Part shown: positions 39,001 through 51,700 of the stretch, piece by piece
Layout of the letters: each line of letters begins with the position of its first letter
Position numbering within the stretch: position 1 is the first letter of the stretch
From: Lingula anatina
Taxonomy: Eukaryota; Animalia; Brachiopoda
Length of the DNA: 64,000 bases
Direction: 5' to 3'
NCBI GenBank assembly: GCA_051362555.1
Contig: CM120647.1
Location: 8,618,001 to 8,682,000, forward strand
Notes under the pieces: generated by a model
What the model saw: the letters and a program-made list of their open reading frames with translations, nothing else
Databases searched by the model: none
Told to the model about the DNA's origin: nothing
Translations under genes and position numbers: made by a program

Positions 39001-39654
39001 AAATCCAAGCTTAGGTCTGCTGATTCATCATAATACTCAGCCCCTGCGAAAATTTGTCTCTTTAATGTTCACTTACGGTTCTCAATCTTTTCTAGAACAT
39101 TAGGTGTATTTTTTTACAGTTCTAATGTTGTTCTGTAATGAATGAATGTAACAGTTTGTGAACTGTTTTTGGGAAGCCTTTCAGAATGTCCTAGAACAGA
39201 TTAAGAACATTTTCATTAAAAGAGAAAAACAAAATGTTCTAGGACAGATTGAGAACAGTAGGTGAGCATTAAATGAGACAAATTTTCGCAGGGGATGGTA
39301 CCCTGTGGATGAAGGTTTAATTTTGTGATCACTGATATGTTAGCGTGTGAGGTAAAGATTTTGAGAAGGTGTGAGTCTAGGTTTGATTTTGTGTTTTCTA
39401 AAGGATGTACCCTGGATTTACAGGGTTAATTTTGTGTAATATGGGGACAGGTTTCTAGAAGGTGTGCCCTACAAACCAAGGTTTGATCTTATGATTCACC
39501 ATGGATCAATTTCCCCTGTGAAATGATACGTAATTGATTTTATCTGTATGCAAGCATTAACTGGACAGAGGCTTCAGGTTCTGTATAATGCATTGTGCAA
39601 ATCGGTTATCTGGTGCATAGGTTTTGTGTGTGTGCATTTGTATGTGTGTGAGAG

Positions 39655-39698
<44 letters not shown>

Positions 39699-39738
39699 CA
39701 AGAAAGAGAGTGAGTAAATGTGTGTGTGTGTAAGTGAA

Positions 39739-39806
<68 letters not shown>

Positions 39807-40216
39807 AAAGAGCGAGAATGTGTGTGAGAGAGAGAGAAAGAGTTGATGAGAGAGCATCAGAGAAAAGGAGTGAATATAAGTACAAAGAACATGATGACCT
39901 ATTGAGGCTGACTTGATTTATTTTCCATCAGGACTGAGAGCCAGAAGAAAAAGTTCAGAGACAGACACACAAACAGATAATGTGTTGATTAGAGACTGCT
40001 GCAATGCCCCATCTCCCTGGGGTCACCATTATCATTGTATTCTACTTGCTAAAAACAGTGGGCAGACAGGGAAAGGAATGAGAGGTGGATTCATATATGC
40101 TGTGGCTGACTCAGAATGGGCTTGCTGATTGATGTATGGAGATTGGTTTTATCTCTCTTTCTCTCTCTCACTTCTCTCTCTCTCTCTCCTGTCGTCTCTC
40201 TCTTTCTTTCCTTTAC

Positions 40217-40250
<34 letters not shown>

Positions 40251-43200
40251 TTCACTTCTCTCTTTTTCTCTCTTTTTCTCTCTGTCCTGTGGAAATTCTA
40301 TTTATCACAGGAATTGGCTTCACTCCAGGTATAAACTTATGTTTTCAATAATGCTGACCAGCTAATAAGGTAAAAAATAATTATCGGTAAGCTGTTTTCC
40401 AGGCATATAATCTGATTTATGAAGCAGCTTTCAAAATAAACAAAATGTTTTTGAAATGAGCCTTGTGTCCTCAGTTACTTGCTAAAAATCGATAATAAAT
40501 CTGAAAAACGATAAAAAAGAGAGAGGTGAGCTGCGGGAGTTGATATTAGATATATGAACATTATTTATGGCTTATAAAGCAGTAGCTGAAGGATTCCCCC
40601 CCCCCCCCCCCCAATGTTACGATAATGCAGCCATCTTTTCAATGGGCATAATTTAGTTTCAACATTCCCATTGAATAGTAGCAACAAATTCAAAAAGCTG
40701 GCTACCCTGTATTTACTCTGTACAGTAAAAACACCACAAATGCTATATAGAAATACAATTTTAATGATTCCAAAATTATGTATTTGAAAGATTGATTATT
40801 TTTGAAAAGATCAAGATATAACCATATTATATATGAATGTCGAACAACTATGAGTGTTTATAAGCTGAAACAGTACTAGTCTTAGTAAGGTAGATAGAAT
40901 TTTGGTAGAGTAATTGTAGGACGTTTATACCAATGTACTAGTGGCTGTATTCTATTGCCTTTCATTACCTCAAAGTGACTTTAGTTTGGCTGAAGAAAAT
41001 CAGATTCAGGGAAAAGCGGAAGGTGAAAGCTGAGAGGAGAGAGGTTTTTGGAGAACATAATTTTCCTTGAAATTTTCAGGGCATACCTTCTGGAATCTGG
41101 AATCCATTCACCTAGGTCACCTTGGAACTGTAACTCAGTCTGTCTGACTCATCCTTTTAGAGGCCTGAAGAAGGATTTTTGTAAACAAAATGAAGAGCAC
41201 CAAATATTTATACTTTTTGTTGTTATCATTTTCCCAGTTTCCAAAAATTGAAAAAAAAAAGTTCTAGTTAGGAGAGATTAAAGTGATCTTTAGCTTTAAG
41301 CAAAGGGTTTTTTAAAAAAAGAACAATAGAATAGACATTCGAAATAAGTGTATGCATATTGAACTCTGAATTAGCATGTTGTATAGTAAGCAATGTTATG
41401 AAAGTTTTAGTAGGAAAAAATTGAAATCAAACTGCATCGACTTCTATAGAACTGTTAACAAGAACAAGAGAAGTGATTTAGAGTTTGTTTAAGACCGTAA
41501 ACCTCATTCCTTTGTATGATTTAATAAAAATCCTTCCTCTGAGATTTCCAGGTAGAGGTTGAGGTAGATACTGTCTGATGGGTGTGAATGGTTAGTGTTA
41601 CTGTGGAGAAGTACCTCACCAGATACAGGTGTAGACTTTTGTGTTAAGTACCTTGGAAACTCGCTGTTGGGTGTGTCGTTAGTCAGAGGGTTGAGGTGTA
41701 GGGCTTAGTAGCTTTTAATTCCACTCTTTCTCTCTCTCCTTCTCTCTGTGTCTCTCTTACACAAACACACACAAACATGCTCGCACACATGCACAAGCAC
41801 ATACACACGGAATCACCATAAGAACACAAACTTATTCAAATCACCATGAAAATGAGCATGGAGGTAGTTATTATAGTGCATGCAGTATAATTTATTATTG
41901 CTTGCTGGTAGAACTGTACTGCAATTTTCTTGCATTGCCTTTCTGTCGCTCTATTTGCAAATAAGATTTTTAAAAGAACAAAAATTTTGATATATATATA
42001 TATATATAAAGTGGTCTTGAATCCAGTTATAATTTCACAGTCAAGTGTAAATGCCTCTCAGCTGTCACGAAAAAAAAATCAGTTATTTTCAAAAAAAGAA
42101 AACCAAAATTAACCTTTTATCTCCCAGACATTGCTGGGCTATTCTCAAGTTCATATCAGTGAACCTTGGAATATTTCAGCTCTGGTCTGTGGAGGGTTAA
42201 TATTTCAATTTGGTAACCACTGACATTGATCGTGATGATGATGATGATGATGATTATGATGTAATGATGATGTCATTGATGATATGATGATGATATCGTT
42301 GAACTCCTCCTCATTTGGAGATGTCCTTCTATAATTATTTCAAAAACCTGTGAACCTCTCGTCCACCTGGGGTGTGTCGTGCTGTGAAAATAATGACGCT
42401 GTCGCCCTCATCGTCATGACAACTCATCGTGCTCTGCTGCTGCTGCCATGACAACTGCTACACATGGTGCTGCTTCATCTCCATGACAACTGAACGCCCT
42501 GCTGCTGCTACGACAACGGTGCCCACGACAACAATAACAACAACTGGTGTGGTCCATGGTGCCGCCAAAACAACAACTACGACAACAACGACAACTTCTA
42601 CTGCATGTCGTCTGGTGGGGTGTGGCTGGTGTTGTGGCTACGTTTCGTGTGAACAGAGTCGACGCGAACACAGCGAACGTGCACCAAGTGTGGAGGACGA
42701 TTCCGAAGGCCACCTGATCTACAAGGAAGGGGACGTACTACAAGCACGATGTACTCAGCACTTTCGTAATGTTATACCATAATCCCATATTTTTTATAAA
42801 ATACATATCATCAAATATCATACCCTCCCTTAACTCTCTATTTCAGTATTATTTTTGGCCGTATCATCTTATGTTTTTAATGATGGTCAAAGTAACATAT
42901 TATATACACATTCTGATCCATTTTATATATGGCCTCAGCTCAAACTTTCTATTGAAGTTTTAAAGTATTCCATTTTACTCTACGCCATTTTCTTTGAGGC
43001 ACACCTTAAGTGAATGGTGTCCATATGAAAATTTTTATCCAGTTTTCAGTCTTTTTTTCCCTCTTAATTGAACTTGAAGGTAGTTTATGTTAAAGGTAAA
43101 AGCTGCTGTTTACTTTGGCAGCTGCAGATTTCTTTGAGAAATTGAAAAGGCCCCAAGTGATATATTTTTGCCTTTGAGCCATGTGCTGCTTAATGGTAAT

Positions 43201-46200
43201 GAAATACAGAAGAATATGTCACCATGGTAACTAGTTGTCATGGAAACGCTGATTGATTCAAAATGGTAGATAAGCCAGAGAGGCAGAGTAACCATAGCAA
43301 CAACACATGTTCATGCATATTTGACCTTTCTAAAAATGGAACAGGTGCTGTTTATTTTTGGTGATAAGAAAATCTAGACTTGTGCGGGATTTGAGGAAAA
43401 CATTCATTACTCAATTTACAACTTCAAAGAAATAGGATAATTTATAGCTGAAAAAGAGGTTGTAGTATTTTGAAAAAAAAAAAAAACAGTGAAGTGACTA
43501 CACAGTTGTTAAGAAATTACGCTTTTGGAAGTCTGTTATAAAGCAGTAACAAAAAAAAAAAACACTTCAAGCTGCCTCTCTGGCTTATAGCTTATCCTCC
43601 CATCCCTGGGGTGTGGCCTGTTTCTCTGGCAACCCAAGTGTCAATCAACTTGATTGACAAGAGTTGCTGGGAGAGGAGGGTGCACGCCCTGGGAGTCAAA
43701 GGCCATTCCTGTGCAGATCTAACTGTGTGAAAATATTCTTCATTGCAGATGAAATCGTACGCACCCTGGGGGAGGGGACCTTTGGGAAAGTGGTGGAGGT
43801 GAAAGATTTACAAAAGTAAGTAGTGATTCTATTCTGTGTGTTGTTCATGATGACTTAGGGACCATTCTCAGGAAAAAAAAAACAACTTAGTCACATTCCC
43901 TGGCTAAGAACTTAATAACAAGGGTTATATGGTCCTAGCTTATCTTATCAGAAGCAGTGTAACAGCACTCTCATGGAAATCCTAGTCAACTAAGGGACCA
44001 TTCCCAGACCCTATCATACTAACTGTGGATCGATCTATCTCTGAGGGGATTCTTGCTAAATTGCAATCAACTAAAGCGGCTTAGGTGTCTGTCACACCTA
44101 CTGAAGCTGCTAGGGGGTAATTATCGTTTAGCAGCTTTAGTAGGCGTGACAGATATCTAAGCTGCTTAGCTGAAAGCAATTTAGCAAGAAACCCCTCGGA
44201 GATTTCCCATTATCTCCAGGGTATATCTTAACAAAATCTGGCAAAAATGAAATATATATATAAACATGTTTTCATGATTCAGATATTTGATTTTGTAGGA
44301 TTTACCTGTATAACTCAATATTTAGAAGGTTACATGTTGTGATTTGGGCAACAGCATCATGTATCTTGGTGATTAAGGGAAAAGAGTTGGATATACCAGA
44401 AAAAATAAAAATTTTGTTACATTTAAGTATAATGCTCATTTCTACAGTGCAAAGGGCTAAGGATATCACAGATGCCTAAAATGAGCTTGGCCTTTGTTGT
44501 ATTTTCTGAATTTTGAGCACAAACTTTCATGGAAACAGTCACCATAGTTACCTGAATATTCATGGATATGGATTCTGGTTGCTACTAGGGAAATGTCGTA
44601 GGTGAAGCCAAAAAATTACGCAATTGTTTGTAAGGTGAAGCCATGCAATAATTATTCAGTAAATTTGTCCAACATGAGTGAAAAATTTCCCCAGAACTAT
44701 TTTGTTAGTAATACTTACAAGTGTTGATTTAAATATTCTAAGATTTTAGTAATGTTTCAGAAAAGTATATCGTCCTTTGTGTCTGAACATGGTAAAACTG
44801 TAAAAGGCAAAATATTCAAAAAAGTGAATTGTTTGAAAAATAATTTCCATATCCAACCCTATCCAGCAAGACATCTGTTTTTCACGTGAAGTTAAAACAT
44901 CAATTCACCCGTTTTCCTCAACCCTTGACATTTAACTCTGATGGACTTTAAACAGCACAAAGCACATAATTAATATTTGAACAAGATAAAACGTGTAAAT
45001 ATTTTTATTCTTTTTAGGGAATGACTGATCTGAGAAAATTCTCCTTGATTTTTATTATTATTATTATCAATGATCCTGAAAGCAAAAATAAAAATACAAT
45101 TATCATAATTTGGGTTTTAATTTAAAAAAAAAATAGAATTTTGATGCCAAATGTGCCATCTGTCTTTTCAAATGGTTTGGTATTTATGAAGGGGTAAAAA
45201 ACTGAACTTAAGTACATGAATGGCAGCATGAAGGGCTGAGTCATTATTGTAGACATGAAAAACTGCATTTGATTTTGTCACCAGAATAGATTTCAAATAT
45301 CAGATATCAAAGAACCAGGAATGAATCAGTGTTTTAGACAAGAAAAACTGCATTTGATTTTGTCACCAAAATAGATACCAAAGAAATGGATTAAAAATTG
45401 AGTGTAATTAGTACAGGCGGGGAAACTGTTTTGATTACAGATCTTAAATACATTTTTTTAATCAGGAAAAAGTTAATGTTTTTTACAATAAAAAGCATAG
45501 AATAAACACAAAAGACCAAAATAACTTTCATGATTCTATTTCCAACAGATTTACAACCAGGGAAGAAAAAAAAAATCCCCCTAGCAGAAAGCCTAGAAGA
45601 AGCTAAGAAAATCAATACAGCCTCAGTACGACTTCCTTATTTCCATTTCCAATCAATTGCCAATCAATGAAAAAAAAAAGCATCCCGCTCTGAGTATTGG
45701 ATCTACTTTGTGCTCATCAGTGCAGAGTCCTATAAATTAAACTCCAACGCCGTATTGTGAAACTTTTCACAATCAAGATGAAGATGTTTGACAGGTGCAC
45801 TCTGCATGAATGGCGCATAAATCCTGGCTGTATTTTTATCCGTTTCTTTTATCACCTCGAGTCGTGGGTGGGGGAGGAAAATCAGGTGACCTGTCAAACC
45901 CAAACATCTGATACTCCTACCTGTAACACACAATCTGTATAAATCTCAGATATGAGTCTCAGTGACAGGTGTGGTGTATTTATATATTATATTTATATAC
46001 ATGAAAGCAGCAAACCGCTATAAAAACGGAACCCGAGCATGTTCAATATGTTAGACGCTGGAGGTACATACTATCGTCCCAGTGGGGGGGGGGGGGGAAG
46101 GGGGGGGGCTCGAAAGAGTAAAATATGAATAAAAACAGAGGTTGTTTCACAAAAGTTTTAAACCAAAAGATGTAACGTGGATTAAAAACGCTCCCTTTTC

Positions 46201-48705
46201 TGTTCCTTCCAAGACAATTATTTTCATTCCCCACTCAATTTTAGAAATAATGAGGATAATTTTTGTTTTCCCTCATTTTCCAAAGACACTTAGCACATTT
46301 CTCCCTCTTCTTTTTCAGTTACAGTAAGGCTTAATTTCATCTTTTTTCTTGTCTTTTAAAAACAAGTAGTATTATTCTAATTTTCTCAGGTTTTAAAAAG
46401 ACAGGAAGGATAATTTTCACCATCCCATTTCAGAAGTTGTAAGGATAATTTTCATCTATTTGATCTTCTTTTAGAGTCAATTAAGATAATTTTCCTTCTC
46501 CCTTTTTTCAGAGACAATGAGGTTGCTGCCCTAAAAATTATTAAAAATGTAGAGAAGTACCGAGAAGCGGCCAAACTTGAGATTAATGTCCTAGAATTCA
46601 TGCACAGTAAAGACCCTGAGGGGACATTGTAAGTAGATTTATCATTCCGAGTGTGATATTGTGTTAGATGTGATACTGAGTTAGGTGTGATATTGTGTCG
46701 GATGTGACATTGTGTTGGTTATAATATTGTGTTGGTTGTGACATTGTAGTGGGTGTGACATTGTGTTAGATGTGACATCGTGTTGGTTGTGACATTGTGT
46801 TGGATGTGACATTGTAGTGGGTGTGACATTGTGTTAGATGTGACATCGTGTTGGTTGTGATATTGTGTTGGATGTGACATTGTGTTGGATGTGACATAGT
46901 GAAGTGCTTAATAAGACATGTTAGATTGGATATTTTTTGGTAAATTGGATATTTAGGAAATTGTGTAAGATTTGCAAGGCGTGGCAAGGTTTAACATTGT
47001 GTGAAACATGACTGTATATTAGCTGTGACATAGCTGAATTATGTTTTTTTGGCTCTGAAAGTGCATCAGGTGTGACAGTGTTATCGGAGTGACCTTTTTT
47101 TTTCTTTACACACAAAAAATGAGAATTCTTAAATCTGATCTTCCTGTTTATTTCAGCTTATGTGTGAAATTCTTTGACTACTTCGACTACCATGGACACA
47201 TGTGTCTGAGCTTCCAGATGCTGGGCATCAGTATATTTGACTTTATGGTAAGTCTCTATGAGACCATTCCCACATATATTTAGATCGATCTATCCCCCTG
47301 GAGAGTCTCACTAGATTGCTGTCAGCTTAATCGGCTTAAATGTCTGTCCCGCCTACTAAAAGCTGTAAGGAGGTAATTAACTTTAGTGGGCGCTCGGCTC
47401 CCTGAAGCTGTCAGCAATTTAGTGTGAACCCCCAGGGAGTTAAGTTGGATCAATCTAAATTTGTGGGAACCCAGTCTATGTTTCTGTTAATGGATTACCA
47501 GGCTTGACATACCCATAGACCTAACTTGCCTGGTGCAAGTGATTTCTGCACTTAGGCAACCAGTTTTTTTAGTCGTACTTGGCCATGAACACAAGGGACT
47601 TGCTAGTAGATCACTTGTATTTCAGAGAAAATCTGATCAAAAATTACCTCACTGACCTTTTTTGCGGATATTATCTATTGGTATTTTAGTGTTCTCCACA
47701 TCCCTGTCTCTCCACATTCACTGTCACCCCTTCTTCCCCCCTGAAATGAATTGCCCACAGGGTAATTATATAAGTGCCTGAAAATGGGGTTATGTTAAGC
47801 CCTAGATAAAACCATCAATATATTTGACTTTTTGGTAAGTCTCCATTCCTTTGTTAGTGTGATAGCTCCTATGTTACGTTTAGAAAAAAAAAACATTTTT
47901 GAAGAAACTAAACATACGGTAAAGTCTTGAAAATTTCGTCGCTTAAAAATTAATTAATATTTTTAATTGTGTAAATCCGACTAATTTTTCAGAATTACCT
48001 CTCCCCGACTCCTGGGTATGACGAAATTTTCAAAAATCCGGCCTTTGTGCTTTTATCCTTAGCGACTGTTATCTTTGACCCTCCTATATTGTGGGATATT
48101 TATTACTACTTCCTAAGTCATTTTCTGTTGGTAAATAATCTATTTATAAGTGCATCTCGATTAAGTTAAACTTGACTTACTGTACCCGAAAACATGTTGA
48201 GAATTATCTTCTCGGTAAGAAACATACCTCCTGATAGAGGAGAAGGATCAAGATAAGCCTAATTTCAACCTTGCATCATAACGTGGACGCGACATGTTAA
48301 AAAAAATTACGCACTTGGCAACGTTTGTTGCATACAGGGCTTTCCCAGGATTGAGTGTCAGGCCTTCTAAAATTACCATCTGTAACTTCCTAAAAATTTA
48401 CAGGGAGTTAAAATAATGAACTCCCGTTGACGATCTTCCGCAATTTAAGTCCCTTGAACTAATATGAAAACTGCATTTTATTATTGCTTACATCGCGAAC
48501 AATCTCCCGATGAAGATGTGAAAATTGCCTTTTCGTCTAGCAAGGATCGTGAACGATCTCCCTCTGATAAGTGATGTGAACTTACGCGAACAAAGTCCTG
48601 AGAATATTACGCGAACGATTCTCCGCCGAAAATATACCGTGAGCGGGGCAGGGGGCGGATTAAAGATAAAATGAAAATGAATATTTTAAAAAAAATCCAA
48701 TGTTT

Positions 48706-48736
<31 letters not shown>

Positions 48737-51700
48737 GGTTAAATAATGATCTCCCGCTGACGATCTTCCGCGAACGAAGTTCTCTAAATCCCTTGAACTA
48801 ATATGAAAATTGCATTTCATTCTTGCTTACATCGCGAACGATCTCCCAATGATGATATGAAAATTGCCTTTTCGTCTCGCTCGGATCGCGAATGATCTCC
48901 CTCTGACGATCTTACGCGAACAAAGTCCTGACGATAGTACGCAAACGATTCTCCGTCGAAGATATGCCGTGAGGGGGGGGGGAAGGGGGGGTTAAAGATA
49001 AAATGAAAAATATATATTATTTATAATATTCAAAGGGGGAGGCGGGGTTAAAATAATGATCTCCCGCTGACGATCGTTCGCAAACTAAGTCTCTTGAACT
49101 AATATGAAAAGTGCATTTTATTATTGCTTACATCGCGAACAATCTCCCGGTGAAGATATGAAACGATCTCCCTCTGACGATTTAAAGCGAACAAAGTCCT
49201 GACGATAGTACGCAAACGATTCTCCGCCGAAGATATGCCGTGAGAGAGGGAAGGGGGGGGGGGGTTAAAGATAAAATGAAAAATATATATTATTTATAAA
49301 ATTCAAAAGGGGAGGGGGGTTAATATAATGATCTCCTGCTGACGATCTTCCGCGAACGAAGTTCCCTACATCCCTTGAACTATTTCATTCTTGCTTACAT
49401 CGCAAACGATCTCCCGATGATGATATGAAAATTGCCTTTTCGTCTCGCTCGGATCGCGAACGATCTCCTTCTGACGATCTTACGCGAACAAAGTCTTGAC
49501 GATATTACGCGAACGATTCTCCGCTGAAGATATGCCGTGAGCGGGGGAAGGGGGAGTTAAAGATAAAATTAAAAATATATATTATTTATAAAATTCAAAG
49601 GGGGAGAGGGGGTTAAAATAATGATCTCCTGCTGACGATCTTCCACGAACGAAGTTCCCTTGAACTAATATGAAAAGTGCATTTTTTCTCGCTTACATCG
49701 CGAACGATCTCCCGCTGAAGATATGAAGATTGCCTTTTCGTCTCTCTCGAATCGCAAACGATCTCCCGCTGAAGATATGAAGATTGCCTTTTCGTCTCTC
49801 TCGAATCGCAAACGATCTCCCGCTGATGATCTTATGCGAACGTAGTCCGCTACAAATATGAAAATTATCTTCTCGTCTCGTTTGGATCGCGAACAATTCT
49901 CCGCTGAAGATAAGAATATTGCCATCTCGTCCCATTCGCATTGCGAACGATCTCCATGTACGAGCCAGGTAATCGTCAAATGGTCCTAAGTTGAACATGG
50001 ACATGAATAGAAGTGACGGGTACATTTCACTTCGAGATAATATCTTGATGTTTTCATTGTGTCTTCCTCGTTTAGGACAGCCGCCGATAACAATAACGGC
50101 GTTACAAATGACAAAGCCGCGGCCTGTGACTTCTATTTACCGGCTTGATAACGCACCTTAAGCCAGGTAATAGTAATGAAACTAAAGACAAAAGGCCGAC
50201 GTTCCTGCAATTGAGAACGGGAATTCACATCTAAACCATCTATATTGTGAGTAACCGCTCGCAGGGGCGCACTATTGTTCCTATCTCCCATTGAGAGTGT
50301 TATCGGCAATGATATCCTGATCGTATCATTGTCTTGAATCAACTGACGCATTACCTTCATGTTTGAGCTGGACAACGCGGCCATATTTGGTGACGAACTT
50401 TTCAAAAATTATCGAGTACCTCATTTTCAAGGTTGACGAAGTTTTCAAAGGGAAAAAAATTACGTCGGCGGAAAATCGTCTGCCGACGAAATTTTTAAGA
50501 ACGACGAAATTTTCAAGACTTTACCGTACTTAGTATCAGTTTTTTTAGTTAATGGTATGTACAGCATTACTGTTAGCGAAATAGGATTTGCAGTCCTCTC
50601 ATGTGAAGCCAGTATAATTCATTCCAAGAGAAAATAGGCATGTTTTGCCTTTAAGGCATTTTGTTTCAACCTTCACCAGATGGCGTTGATCTCGATTTAT
50701 TATTATTATTTTTTTTTTATCAAAGGCAAGAAACCAGGAATATAAACAAAGCAATAACCTATTGTTCCCAAGATTGTTCCCTGGGGCATATTGTGTGTAT
50801 GACAGAGCCCTTAATGGCTGTTTTATTTAGTATTGAATGGTGTTGCACGATGAAAGCACATGATACTTAGGCAGTATCATAGCACTTAATGAGCAGTACA
50901 GAAAATGTGGGGGGAAAAAAGGGCATTGCTGTGAAAATTAGAACAAAGCGCACATTGACTGCCACATTATTTTTGAATATTTGAGAAAAATTATTTGTTT
51001 ATATTCACAAAAACTAATAAGTATCACCAGAAAAAGATAACAAGTCAGATTTACAATTGAACAGTAAGTACTTCATCTGTGAAGGTAAGCGTAAGATTAT
51101 CTGTGAAAGAGATAAATTTCTGGCATAAAAAAAGAAAACAGTACTCTCTAAGGCTGGAGAAAACTTGTAGTTCTTGCTCCTGAAGAGCTGATGTTGATAT
51201 CTATTAATAGTACAAGAACCTGGCAGCAAATGGGATCTTGGTGTATCTGTGTATGCTCTTTACTGATTAAAGGGTCGAGAAATACGTCAAATAGTCATTT
51301 CCGGAATTGAAGCTTTTCTTGTCATGTTTTGGGAAAATTTAACATCTATTAATCAAGTTTTGCAGATTCATCTTTCACAAATGATTTTTGTGTCTATGTT
51401 GTTCTTCAATTATATACTACAGAATAAATTGCCCAAACAGACACCTTGGCATTTTACATTTTAGACATGATTTTTCAATTGTCCATGACATTTCATGTAT
51501 CAGAATTTACATTTCTTGGAAAAAAGAAGCTACATTTAATGAAACAAGTAAAATAAGGTATGTGCACAACTTGGATGAATCTTTCTTTTGATTTAGAACA
51601 GCATTTTATCCATTGTAATTATGGAAAAAGATATGCGGCTTTTTATTAGTGAACGGAAGAATTCATTCTCCTTCTAAATTGAAAATCAGACTGCATTGCC

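Noticed and set aside
39931-40128. Possible extra CLK exon (branch-like GGCTGAC, acceptor TTCCATCAG)
   Set aside because: Immediate stop in the required phase, no clear donor, no homology
42429-42656. Thr/Cys-rich mucin-like extension of the ORF upstream of CLK exon 4
   Set aside because: Starts at a non-ATG codon and has no convincing acceptor; better explained as a regulatory intronic tract, although an in-frame ATG at 42483 means a retained-intron product cannot be excluded
50133-50405. 90-aa ORF inside the Tc1/mariner-like element as a transposase
   Set aside because: No DDE/D or HTH motif recognisable; too short
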